A DNA stretch of 62,258 bases from a virus (taxonomy: Duplodnaviria; Caudoviricetes), in IMG/VR virus record IMGVR_UViG_3300035701_000028, positions 1 to 62,258 of that record; one strand, written 5' to 3'. Below the pieces are notes generated by a model. The model was not told where the DNA came from. It did no database searches and saw only the letters and a list, made by a program, of their open reading frames with translations. Within the stretch, counting starts at the first letter, position 1, and each line of letters begins with the position of its first letter. The position numbers were made by a program, and so were the translations under genes. Shown in pieces: positions 1 to 8,709 of this stretch.

Positions 1-110
1 CGCAACGCCGTTGCTTGCACCCGCCCTCGACATCGCCGCCGTGCCTATTGCACCACGTCGCAGGGGGGTAGAGCGGGGCGCGGGGGGTGCTTGTGACCTG
101 GAACCCACCC
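1..110. repeat. Terminal direct repeat, left copy
   Basis: Bases 1-110 are identical to 62131-62240; indicates circular assembly overlap or terminal redundancy. Confidence 0.95.
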
Positions 111-140
111 TGCCACCCGCCCCACCCCCAGCGATTATGA

Positions 141-194
141 CCTGTCCAGCGCTGACCCCACCCCCAACGGTTCCAACCTATCCGGCGCTGACCC
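141..194 (+). repeat. Imperfect 18-bp direct repeat CCTRTCCRGCGCTGACCC
   Basis: Copies at 141-158 and 177-194 with 2 mismatches, upstream of the early promoter. Confidence 0.6.
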
Positions 195-208
195 TCCAGG
201 CAGCGGGC

Positions 209-223
209 AAGTAACTGTTACTT
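209..223. promoter_or_regulatory. 15-bp palindromic site, copy 1 (AAGTAACTGTTACTT)
   Basis: Palindrome overlapping the -35 box at 222; 8 copies in the genome. Confidence 0.8.
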
Positions 224-250
224 GACAAACTAGCACAGGTATGCTATGCT
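222..250 (+). promoter_or_regulatory. Sigma70-type early promoter
   Basis: TTGACA-17bp-TATGCT with TGn extension; GAGGAGG RBS before ATG 278. Confidence 0.85.
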
Positions 251-277
251 GACCTAGAGTAGAGAGGAGGCCAGCCG

Positions 278-745
278 ATGAAATACTCGATCATCATCGC
301 TAATCCAAAAGGGGAGTACCTACGACGCTATGCCCTACCCGATGAGGGCGAACCAGGGGACGGGTGGCATCGCCCGCACTTTATCGCCGCGCACATCGCC
401 ACGTCACGCCCCGTGCTGCTGACCAAGCACGGACTCAAGATCAGCAAACGAATTGAACGCGAGAACATCCCCGACCGCGTACACCTGGACTCGACCAGCT
501 TCCAAGTCAGCAAGTACCGCCCGCGCGAGGCAATGCCATGGGATGATGGGACGCAACCGCGAGTCATCAGCGCCGACTACGCGGACGCCCTCGACGAGAT
601 CGACCTGGAGATCAAGCAACTACAGAACCAATCGCGCATCCTACGCGAGGCAGCATGGAACCGGGCGCGTCCGCTAACCCTGGCCGATATCAGCCAGGGC
701 AATCCCAACCAGGAGGCCAGAGATGAAACCCCAACCGCTCCGTGA
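278..745 (+). CDS. Hypothetical early protein
   Basis: First ORF after the promoter, strong RBS. Confidence 0.75.
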   Translation: MKYSIIIANPKGEYLRRYALPDEGEPGDGWHRPHFIAAHIATSRPVLLTKHGLKISKRIERENIPDRVHLDSTSFQVSKYRPREAMPWDDGTQPRVISADYADALDEIDLEIKQLQNQSRILREAAWNRARPLTLADISQGNPNQEARDETPTAP

Positions 746-1829
746 ATTCGCAGAAAAGACTCGCGTCTGGGAATCGCTGAATGAGGACGCCCTAACCATG
801 AGCGATACGGTAGAGGTCAGCCCCGAGGGTAAGGCCAGCTATATTGAACCTGGAACCATGGCAACCCTGCACGGTAGCGTCCCGATTAGCTACCAGGGGT
901 TGACCCAACTCAATGCCCGACTCGACGGCCCGCCGATGCGATGGACAGGCGACCCCGATCATTGCCCGCCCCCGCTGCGAGGAAAGCTGCTAACCTACCT
1001 TGCTAAGAGTCGCAAACCAGAGTCCCTCCTCATGCGGGAGCACGACGGGACGTTGCGCGCCGTTCTCTCCGATGACTACACCCGCTTTGACCACGGCCAA
1101 TTTATCGACCTCGTAACCCAGGCCGTAGAGTCAATGGGGCCGCAAGTCAACGCCCAAGTCTTTCGCGCCGAGATCGGCGACGAGATGCGCGCCTATGTCC
1201 TGCTCCCCGAGGTAACATTCGGCCAGCTACCAGGGACGGATGACGGCGGGCACGGCAATGGCGGACTGCACCCTGGTATCTACATCAGCAACAGCGAGAT
1301 CGGAACGGGCGCGGCCCGAACCAGCGGCGGGCTGTACCGCGCGACTTGCCAAAACGGAATGATATACGGTTGGAGCGCGGGCGAGATCGTGCGCGTCCGC
1401 CATCTCTTCATTCACCAGGCCGCACTCCTGGCCGTCATCGCCTCAGCCGTGGCCGCTGGATTCAAGATGAGCGAACGTGCCGCCCTCGCATTCATCGAGT
1501 CCCAGCAAATTCACATGCGCCCGACTGGACTCGAAGGACTGGTGGAAAAGTGGGTGACGAAGTACGGTCTATCGGTTGACCGCAAAGCGGACTGGCTAAC
1601 CGCGATCAGCACCGAGACCGCAACCTACGGGCGACCCGATGACCCACGACTCTTTGACGTGACGAATGCGCTGACCTACATCGCGCGGGAGAAGGACGCC
1701 GCCGAACGTGAGATGATGGAACGCGCGGCGGGCGACCTGATCGGCGACCTGACCCCGCTCCTCCCATTCATTGATAGCGGGCGCTCCGATGCCCTCGCCC
1801 GCAACACGCAGGACGCGCGGGTACGCTAG
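723..1829 (+). CDS. DUF932-like protein
   Basis: RAVLSDDY, ISNSEIG, LYRATCQNGM motifs typical of DUF932 leading-region proteins; AGGAGG RBS. Confidence 0.7.
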   Translation: MKPQPLREFAEKTRVWESLNEDALTMSDTVEVSPEGKASYIEPGTMATLHGSVPISYQGLTQLNARLDGPPMRWTGDPDHCPPPLRGKLLTYLAKSRKPESLLMREHDGTLRAVLSDDYTRFDHGQFIDLVTQAVESMGPQVNAQVFRAEIGDEMRAYVLLPEVTFGQLPGTDDGGHGNGGLHPGIYISNSEIGTGAARTSGGLYRATCQNGMIYGWSAGEIVRVRHLFIHQAALLAVIASAVAAGFKMSERAALAFIESQQIHMRPTGLEGLVEKWVTKYGLSVDRKADWLTAISTETATYGRPDDPRLFDVTNALTYIAREKDAAEREMMERAAGDLIGDLTPLLPFIDSGRSDALARNTQDARVR

Positions 1830-1955
1830 ACCCTGGCCCCTTGCGTGCCCCCCTTGCCCGCCCCCACTCAGCGGGACGGGCAAGCGGGGCGATACAAGGC
1901 CCCGGACTTGTACGCTACGGTTACAGGCCCGACAGGTTGTAGAGAGGAGATCAGC

Positions 1956-2300
1956 ATGGCAAAGACAATCGCAACCGCATACGGGTACGACGAATCGCGC
2001 ACCAAGGAAACGCACCGACTCGGTTCACGCGCGGCGGGCGCGGAGGTCGCCACCTGGCAGACGTTCATTGACTCGCATATCGTAGCCGAGGGACAAGGCA
2101 GCGCCAACATCAAGCGAGGTAACGAGCGAGTAGGAATGCTCAACATCACCACGCCCGAAAGCGCAACCGACTCCAACATCCGGGTACTCGCAACGCTCGG
2201 ACAATTTACCCTGGAACGTGTCATCGGTTACAAGCTGGAAAGAGTCAAGCTGACCGACGACGAGGGCGAGGTACTCTGGGAGATGGAGGTAACGCAATGA
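1956..2300 (+). CDS. Hypothetical protein
   Basis: Start reassigned to MAKTIAT with GAGGAG RBS; ATGA coupling to next gene. Confidence 0.7.
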   Translation: MAKTIATAYGYDESRTKETHRLGSRAAGAEVATWQTFIDSHIVAEGQGSANIKRGNERVGMLNITTPESATDSNIRVLATLGQFTLERVIGYKLERVKLTDDEGEVLWEMEVTQ

Positions 2301-2992
2301 CCAACACCATCCGCTTCTGGAAAGATCATGACCAGACGCTATGCCCCAAGTGCGCACGCGCCGACCATCCCACACTCGACCTCCCCAACGAGGGCGACGA
2401 GGGCCTGGAGATCGATCATCTCACTGCCATCACCGACCCGAAGGGTGAATGTTCCGAATGCTTGCAAGTCTACCAAGTCTGCGACGATTGCGGCGAGGTC
2501 ATCGGGGAGAACGACCCCATCACAGTCGGCAACCTGGACGAGACAATTCTATGCGAGGGATGCGGGGACTCCGACCTGGAGCATGGCGGGAACATGGGCC
2601 GCTACATGGAGGGCGAACCGCACGAGCGCGTACACTTCGGCATTCATGTAGCCAACCTGATTCTCGACGGGGACTACCAAGAGGAACTCCCCGGCTGGTG
2701 GAACGAGCGTTTCATCAAGCGCTCCTGGCATCGCACCGACCCATGGCGCGGGTACTATGAGACTGAATGGAAAGGCTTGCACGCTATCGCAGCGGGCTGG
2801 CTGACGGGCACGCCCGACATTCTACGCTCGGGCAAGCTGCCACCCGTCCCTCTCTACTGGTACTTCGATACGACCAGCAACCTGTTCTCCCAGGTCAGCG
2901 AACTACTGGTGGATGAGGGCAACCAGGACAAGATGATCGAATGGCTGAAGTCAGTCGGCCTGGACATTGACGAACTCGCCGCCGACTTCTAA
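2297..2992 (+). CDS. Zn-finger-rich hypothetical protein
   Basis: Four CxxC pairs, GGAGG RBS. Confidence 0.7.
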   Translation: MTNTIRFWKDHDQTLCPKCARADHPTLDLPNEGDEGLEIDHLTAITDPKGECSECLQVYQVCDDCGEVIGENDPITVGNLDETILCEGCGDSDLEHGGNMGRYMEGEPHERVHFGIHVANLILDGDYQEELPGWWNERFIKRSWHRTDPWRGYYETEWKGLHAIAAGWLTGTPDILRSGKLPPVPLYWYFDTTSNLFSQVSELLVDEGNQDKMIEWLKSVGLDIDELAADF

Positions 2993-3035
2993 CCTAGACC
3001 GGGGCGCGCATGGTACACGCGCAAAGGAGGCCAGA

Positions 3036-3221
3036 ATGAAAACCGACTACATGCACATATCAGCCGCCGAACTGGACGCGCTGCGCGCCCTGAATACCGA
3101 ACTGCTTGAGGCGCTGGAACAACTCATGGACTATTGCGACAGCGCGACCAAGCCCGAATGGGCACGAGACGAGGCATACGCCCAAGCCCGCACCACCATT
3201 GCCAAAGCGAAGGGAGGCTGA
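3036..3221 (+). CDS. Small hypothetical protein
   Basis: AAAGGAGG RBS; ELLEALE...ARTTIAKAKG ending common in phage early genes. Confidence 0.65.
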   Translation: MKTDYMHISAAELDALRALNTELLEALEQLMDYCDSATKPEWARDEAYAQARTTIAKAKGG

Positions 3222-3222
3222 C

Positions 3223-3804
3223 ATGGAATCCGAGATACGAGCAGGCTACAAGATCGAGGTCGAACAAGACCTATGCCCTATCGAACCCAGAGACTACGAG
3301 CCGCTGGGACGCATGGTGCTATTCCACAAGCAGTACGACCTACCGAAAGAGATCGACAACATCCCCGACCCTGCCAGCTTCTCGGGCTGGGACGAACTCG
3401 GCGAGGCCATCCGCAAGCAGACCCAGGCCGTCGTCATGCTGGACGTTTATATGTACGACCACTCCGGCGTCACCATTCGCACCACGCCATTCAGTTGCCC
3501 ATGGGACAGCGGGCAAGTCGGATTCATTCTCGCTAGGGCCGAGGACATCCGCAAGGAATACAAAGTAAAGGCGATCAGCGCCAAGCTCAAGGCCAAAGTC
3601 GAGGCCATGCTAGAGTCCGAAGTCAAAGAGTACGCTCAATACATGGAGGGCGACATCTGGCAATGGGCGATCAGCAGAGACGGCGAGATCATCGAGTCAT
3701 GCGGCGGAACCTACGGGTACGACGAGGCGCTCAAGCAGGCCCGAGCCATGACCGACATCATCGCCCATGAGCACGCCGCATCCGTGCCAGCGTTGGCAGA
3801 ATAA
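3223..3804 (+). CDS. Conserved hypothetical early protein
   Basis: GGGAGG RBS; YMYDHSG..PFSCPWDSGQVG motif. Confidence 0.7.
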   Translation: MESEIRAGYKIEVEQDLCPIEPRDYEPLGRMVLFHKQYDLPKEIDNIPDPASFSGWDELGEAIRKQTQAVVMLDVYMYDHSGVTIRTTPFSCPWDSGQVGFILARAEDIRKEYKVKAISAKLKAKVEAMLESEVKEYAQYMEGDIWQWAISRDGEIIESCGGTYGYDEALKQARAMTDIIAHEHAASVPALAE

Positions 3805-3814
3805 GGAGGCCGAC

Positions 3815-4093
3815 ATGCCTAAGCTACGCAGCTACCACTTCTCATTCGGCAACAGCAGCGACGGGCCAATCGGATTCTGCGCGCGAGTCAATGCGCACAG
3901 TCGAGCCGACGCCGCACGCATCCTCAAGGAACGGCTGGATGAATTCACAAGCGACCTGTCCATGCTCGTCCAGAACTACCAGACCACAGGAGAATACATC
4001 GAGGTTTACTTCAATACCGCTGCGATCAGCGCCAAGGACATCGATGAGTCGGAGCAGATCAAGGAGACAACAACCGAAGGAGGAAAGCAATGA
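3815..4093 (+). CDS. Hypothetical protein
   Basis: AAGGAGG RBS, ATGA coupling. Confidence 0.65.
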   Translation: MPKLRSYHFSFGNSSDGPIGFCARVNAHSRADAARILKERLDEFTSDLSMLVQNYQTTGEYIEVYFNTAAISAKDIDESEQIKETTTEGGKQ

Positions 4094-4467
4094 ACAAGCT
4101 GGAGACACTGACCCGCAAGCTCCAAGGACTACCACTGTTCTCGGACACTGAACTACTCTCAATCTACACCGCCCTCCGAGGCCCGGACTTCGCTGCACCC
4201 ACGCTCAAGTGGGTTCTCACGGCCCGCATCCGCGCGTTCGCTATGGAGGCTAGGGTAGTGCCGCCAACCCTCATCGATCACATGGATGTTCGGACAACAG
4301 AAAACCTCGCCGCTTCTCTATTGGACGAGGCAGCACGCCAGTACCGTGTGGGTAATTGGATACACTACCTCGCCCATGTCCGCCTCGCCCTCGCAGCCTT
4401 CGCAAGGCACAAGATCAGACCAGACGAAGTAATACAACTGATCGACTTCACGGAGAGCCTACGATGA
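4090..4467 (+). CDS. Hypothetical protein
   Basis: AGGAGG RBS, coupled chain. Confidence 0.65.
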   Translation: MNKLETLTRKLQGLPLFSDTELLSIYTALRGPDFAAPTLKWVLTARIRAFAMEARVVPPTLIDHMDVRTTENLAASLLDEAARQYRVGNWIHYLAHVRLALAAFARHKIRPDEVIQLIDFTESLR

Positions 4468-4640
4468 TTTGCTCACTATGCGGCGAGGCACGAGCGACCA
4501 AGAGAATCATCGTCACCAACTCGAAGGACGTGGCGATCAATCGAGCTAACGTATGCGGCCCTTGCACCAAGATCATCATGCACTCCGCCGAGCGCAATGG
4601 GCTGCGTGTCACGATCATCTACCTGAAGGGAGGAAAGTAA
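4464..4640 (+). CDS. Small Zn-ribbon protein
   Basis: CSLC...CGPC; ATGA coupling. Confidence 0.55.
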   Translation: MICSLCGEARATKRIIVTNSKDVAINRANVCGPCTKIIMHSAERNGLRVTIIYLKGGK

Positions 4641-4849
4641 TGGAGGACAGACTTCGCACGATGAATATCCACACGCTCCCGCAATCAGCGATCACGAGAT
4701 GCCGCTTCTACATTCTCGTCCCCTCCCACTATCGGGAGGACAACACCTGCAAGTGCGACGACCCACAGGAGCGGGCCAAGATGATTCGGGAATGGGGATA
4801 CAAGCCGAGCAACTTTGATGGAATTCCCTTACGAGAAGAGAAACCATGA
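4640..4849 (+). CDS. Hypothetical protein
   Basis: TAATG coupling, GGAGG RBS. Confidence 0.55.
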   Translation: MEDRLRTMNIHTLPQSAITRCRFYILVPSHYREDNTCKCDDPQERAKMIREWGYKPSNFDGIPLREEKP

Positions 4850-5247
4850 CCCAAACTCGTGAGCACCAAGTCAATGCGGGCATCGCCCGAGCACGCTGGC
4901 ACGCACTAGGGCGGCGCAACAACCCAGGCGTAGGCGAGGCGCAGATCAGAGACGCCATCGCCCGCCTGGGGCTGGAGGTCGTAGGCTACGAGGTCGAAGA
5001 AGTCAACGAAGCAGGCCAGCACTTCTGGATCGATGCCGTCGTCCACATTCCAGGAGGATTGTGCTATATCGACTACGGTGGGCCAGTCATTCGGCGAGGG
5101 ACGAACAAGATACAGAGGGAGCGCTGGCGCAGGAGGGGCGAACTACTGAAGGAGGAGTACCTGCTCGTGCGCGGCGCATCGACGGACGAAATCGAATGGG
5201 AGATTCGCTACCACATGAAAGCGAGGGAGAGACATGGCAATTCCTGA
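4846..5247 (+). CDS. Degenerate DUF559/Vsr-like nuclease-fold protein
   Basis: GEAQI...FWIDAVV...CYIDYGG pattern. Confidence 0.4.
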   Translation: MTQTREHQVNAGIARARWHALGRRNNPGVGEAQIRDAIARLGLEVVGYEVEEVNEAGQHFWIDAVVHIPGGLCYIDYGGPVIRRGTNKIQRERWRRRGELLKEEYLLVRGASTDEIEWEIRYHMKARERHGNS

Positions 5248-5503
5248 CGAGCGAGAGGTTGTCTTCAAGGCTATCGTAAATTACTGGATGGAGATGGCGA
5301 TCCCACCCACGCTCAAAGACCTCGCCAAGAGGACGAACAAGAGCGTAACGACCGTCGCCTTCCACGTCCGCAACCTGGAGAGGGCGGGCCGCATCTTGAC
5401 CACGCCCTCCATCAGCCGCAGCATTAGACCTATCGGCCTGGAGATTACATTCCAGGAGGAGGAAGAGTCGGGGGAGGCGGAGCAGTCGGCCCCGGCTGCG
5501 TAG
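5234..5503 (+). CDS. LexA-like winged-HTH repressor (DNA-binding domain only)
   Basis: PPTLKDLA...SVTTVAFHVRNLERAGRI...SRSI matches the LexA N-domain; no S24 peptidase domain. Confidence 0.8.
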   Translation: MAIPDEREVVFKAIVNYWMEMAIPPTLKDLAKRTNKSVTTVAFHVRNLERAGRILTTPSISRSIRPIGLEITFQEEEESGEAEQSAPAA

Positions 5504-5747
5504 CCTTGGGCGACTCGACACCCGCCACTACTTCCTCAAAGGGAATGCCATTCTTGTCTGCGATTTGCTGCACCACACGCAGCATTGCACGCAACCGTTC
5601 CAAGACCTGCGCCTTGTTACCGCCTTCTCCACCTGGAGGACGAATCATCTCTCCGGCTGGAGGAGGCGGTCGCATCGGCCCACCCTGACCCATCGAGCCA
5701 GGAGGCGGAGCGCCCATCGAACCAGGGGGCATCATCGGTGGCATCAT
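5445..5747 (-). CDS. Pro/Gly/Met-rich small protein
   Basis: GGAG RBS, upstream promoter, central amphipathic helix; overlaps the 3' end of the LexA-like gene. Confidence 0.55.
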   Translation of the reverse strand: MMPPMMPPGSMGAPPPGSMGQGGPMRPPPPAGEMIRPPGGEGGNKAQVLERLRAMLRVVQQIADKNGIPFEEVVAGVESPKATQPGPTAPPPPTLPPPGM

Positions 5748-5768
5748 CTAATCTTCTCCGGATAGTCT

Positions 5769-5828
5769 GCCGCCCACGCTGGGAGGAGCATGGGCGGCTG
5801 GTAGAAAGGAGGCCCTTGTGCGGGCTAC
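5769..5828 (-). ncRNA. Candidate anti-SD small RNA or structured leader
   Basis: 12-bp stem with CCUCCC loop (G-U pair favours - strand) plus a bulged CCUCCUUU, directly after a promoter. Confidence 0.4.
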
Positions 5829-5832
5829 TCTC

Positions 5833-5862
5833 ATTCTAGGACGCTATTCGTCAAGCTGTCAA
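5833..5862 (-). promoter_or_regulatory. Sigma70-type promoter
   Basis: TTGACA-18bp-TAGAAT. Confidence 0.7.
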
Positions 5863-6176
5863 TACAATGTAAATCCTAGCTTGGCTAGAGCCTCAGCACG
5901 GCGGCGAATTACGAGGCTTGACATGATCCGCTGCCGTGCGATGGACAAGAGAAGGCGGGCAGACTCGGCTGTATTACTCTGCGCCCACTCATGGCACTCA
6001 GCACAGACAGGCACACGATTGGAGAGAGTCGTCTTCAGCTTGGGAGCCAAGGACTTCGGGACTAGCTCATGCAAGCAGACAGCGAACCTCAAGCAGCGAA
6101 CGCACCGACCCAGGAACAAGTCCCAGATCGGGCGGTCTTCCTCGGGCGTACCCTCCGGCCAATACTCAACTGCCAA
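5859..6176 (-). CDS. HNH endonuclease-like protein
   Basis: CVRC...LHELVPKS...SNRVPVCAECH. Confidence 0.75.
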   Translation of the reverse strand: MAVEYWPEGTPEEDRPIWDLFLGRCVRCLRFAVCLHELVPKSLAPKLKTTLSNRVPVCAECHEWAQSNTAESARLLLSIARQRIMSSLVIRRRAEALAKLGFTLY

Positions 6177-6435
6177 GGAGTCCCTTCTTCTCTTGGTGCA
6201 GGCTGGAGATTCGAGCAGCGTTCTTCTGGATCAACTCCCTCCCTTCGGGAGTACGCTTGAGCGCCAGCCAAATCCCCTGCCTTGTGTAGGCTCGATGGGT
6301 CTTGGGATTCTTGATTCCCCGCCGAGCATAGTAGAGGGCGACCTTCTCCACCGAAGCAGTAGAGTCTTCTCCCTCCATCATCTTCCGATACAGCGAAGCA
6401 ACTTCTTTCGGGTCGAGCGATTCTATTGGGGGCAT
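6166..6435 (-). CDS. Small HTH DNA-binding protein (recombinase-domain-like helix)
   Basis: VALYYARRGIKNPKT..YTRQGIWLAL; GGAG RBS. Confidence 0.55.
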   Translation of the reverse strand: MPPIESLDPKEVASLYRKMMEGEDSTASVEKVALYYARRGIKNPKTHRAYTRQGIWLALKRTPEGRELIQKNAARISSLHQEKKGLLGS

Positions 6436-6668
6436 CCTATTTTCTCCAGGATATACCCCGGCCCTCGCATCAATGAACCCTTCATCGATGCGTCATTCCA
6501 GATTTGTGTTTTGTGTTTCATCCGATCCTATTCATTCCTTGAATGAATTCCATTCATGAATTCATGAATCATGAATGGATTTGGATCGAGACCCAATGTC
6601 CCCCTCCCCCTGGTAGGCTTTCTACCGTGTATGGTCTTCGTGCGCACGCTGACATTTGGCCTGGGCTC

Positions 6669-6697
6669 ATGGTACACCGACTTGATGCGCTTGTCAA
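6669..6697 (-). promoter_or_regulatory. Leftward sigma70-type promoter
   Basis: TTGACA-17bp-TACCAT. Confidence 0.7.
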
Positions 6698-6744
6698 CCC
6701 CCCACCCCTTCGGGTGTACGTCCTTCCTATCCAACAGGCGATAG

Positions 6745-6773
6745 TTGACAGGGTAGGGCAGGTGGGGTAGGAT
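6745..6773 (+). promoter_or_regulatory. Promoter of the replication operon
   Basis: TTGACA-17bp-TAGGAT; AAAGGAGG RBS before 6794. Confidence 0.75.
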
Positions 6774-6793
6774 GAAGCCAGAAAGGAGGGCTG

Positions 6794-8353
6794 ATGCGGG
6801 CATACGTCCGGGATAATCTGATCCGTATTTCATTCCGCTACCGTCCCCGGTTGGTAGATCGGGCGCGTGAGATACCGGATCGATCCTTCGACAAGCAGAC
6901 GAAAGAATGGACGTGCCCAGCGACTCCCTGGCACGCTCATTGGATCGCCCAGCACTTCCAAGACTTCGAGTTGAGCGGGGACATGCGCGCCCTCGCTACG
7001 AGAAAAGAAGATGTACCTCGCATCAACACCCGCACCCTCGGAGCACTCTACCCCTACCAGCTTGACGCCGTTCGGTTCATCGAGAAGGCGGGCGGGCGCT
7101 GCATTGTGGCAGATGCAATGGGACTCGGGAAGACCATCGAGTTCATCGGGTGGGTCAAACTGCATCCTGAGTTCAATCGAGTCATCGTTGTCGCCCCTAC
7201 AAATGCGATTTTCAATTGGGCAATGCAGATCAAGACCTGGACAGGAGAGCAAGCAGGCGTCATTGAAACCAAGCGCCAGCCCCTCCCAACGAGTCGTTGG
7301 TGGATTCTCTCCTACACTATGATGACCCTGCGTTACGCAGAATTGAAGGGAGTGGATGCGATATGCTTCGACGAAGGCCACGCTCTCAAGAACCGCAAGG
7401 CACAGCGCACCCGAGCGGCCCGCTCAGTCATCGCTGGAGTCCGGCATGTTTTATTCATGTCGGGGACACCCTTCCTGAACAGACCATCCGAACTTTTTCA
7501 GCCGCTCAACATGCTCAACCCTGTAGCATGGCGGGACTTCTTCCCCTTCGCAAAGCGCTACTGCGACGGACATCTCGATCTCGCTGACCACTGGATTACG
7601 ACCGGGGCCAGCAACAGGGAGGAGCTACGGGATCGGCTGCGCTCGATCATGATTCGCAGGGAGAAGTCCGAGGTCGCCAAGGACTTGCCGCCCAAGACCC
7701 GTACCTTCCTGCCCGTTGAGATCGACAACCGCACGACGTACACTGCTGCCCGCCGAGAGACAGTCGCCTACATTCGAGAGCACCGGAGCGGGCGGGACTT
7801 CAAGAACCATCTCGACAAGATCAACAGTCTGCGTGGATTGGTAGGGCTGGGCAAGGTTGCCGCTGCTGTAGAGTGGGCGACCGACTTCCTAGAGTCTACG
7901 GACGAGAAGCTTGTCATCTATGCCCACCACCTTGAAGCTCATCGCCTACTGGCGGAGAGACTTGCTTCCTTCGGGGTCGTTCGCATTACAGGGAAAGAAA
8001 CACCCCGCCGCCAGTTCGCCAACCAACAGGAATTCCAGACAGGCAAGGCTCGGGTCATGCTACTCAGCGAAGCAGGTGGGCAGTCCATCGACCTGTTCGC
8101 TGCATCGGACATCCTATTTGTCGAGCGGGAATGGACGCCCGCTAGAGAGGAGCAGATCGAGGACAGACTACATCGGCACGGGCAGAAGAATCCAGTCAGC
8201 GCAGTCTATCTCACAGGGAGAAGCACTATCGATCAGAAGTTTGATTCCATGGTCGAGTCGAAACGTCAAGTCTTTGCGGATATCGTCGGACAAGATGAAG
8301 TCAAGCGTGTCGTGCTCGAAGAGTTGTTCGATTACCTGAAGGAGGAAAAGTGA
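6794..8353 (+). CDS. SNF2/SMARCAL1(HARP)-like SF2 helicase
   Basis: ADAMGLGKT, DEGH, SGTP, QIEDRLHRHGQ. Confidence 0.9.
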   Translation: MRAYVRDNLIRISFRYRPRLVDRAREIPDRSFDKQTKEWTCPATPWHAHWIAQHFQDFELSGDMRALATRKEDVPRINTRTLGALYPYQLDAVRFIEKAGGRCIVADAMGLGKTIEFIGWVKLHPEFNRVIVVAPTNAIFNWAMQIKTWTGEQAGVIETKRQPLPTSRWWILSYTMMTLRYAELKGVDAICFDEGHALKNRKAQRTRAARSVIAGVRHVLFMSGTPFLNRPSELFQPLNMLNPVAWRDFFPFAKRYCDGHLDLADHWITTGASNREELRDRLRSIMIRREKSEVAKDLPPKTRTFLPVEIDNRTTYTAARRETVAYIREHRSGRDFKNHLDKINSLRGLVGLGKVAAAVEWATDFLESTDEKLVIYAHHLEAHRLLAERLASFGVVRITGKETPRRQFANQQEFQTGKARVMLLSEAGGQSIDLFAASDILFVEREWTPAREEQIEDRLHRHGQKNPVSAVYLTGRSTIDQKFDSMVESKRQVFADIVGQDEVKRVVLEELFDYLKEEK

Positions 8354-8709
8354 TCGTCGAAGTCCGTCAAGGAAAGGGCATTACGCATGTTCGTATGGGC
8401 TCGTTCCTCGAAGGCGTAACTCGCGTCTGTCCCGGAGACAAGTACGACTGTGATGTGGGTCTTGCTGTGGCGCTCATCAAGCTGGCTCCCAAGCTCGACA
8501 AGCGGGATCGCTGGCTGACCAAGCAGCTTGAGGGCTACTCCTGGAAGAGCATCGAGATCGGAGATGGATCAACCGCGCGTCTCATCAAGTCGATCATCTT
8601 GCGAGACTACATCATCCTGAAGCGAGAACCTAAGAACTTCGGGGCCGTGTTCGCTCATGTTGCAAGGCTATGGATGGAGGGAAACCATGTCGTATCGACT
8701 CAAGTCTAA
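8350..8709 (+). CDS. Hypothetical protein
   Basis: GTGA coupling, AGGAGG RBS. Confidence 0.6.
   Translation: MIVEVRQGKGITHVRMGSFLEGVTRVCPGDKYDCDVGLAVALIKLAPKLDKRDRWLTKQLEGYSWKSIEIGDGSTARLIKSIILRDYIILKREPKNFGAVFAHVARLWMEGNHVVSTQV

Noticed and set aside
11-214. 67-aa Pro-rich ORF
   Set aside because: Lies in the promoter/junction region, no RBS, product of a C-rich tract
6166-6435. Serine integrase
   Set aside because: Only an 89-aa DNA-binding helix segment; no catalytic domain
5818-6546. 242-aa + strand ORF
   Set aside because: Antisense to two motif-bearing genes with shadow-like composition; the good RBS means it is not fully excluded
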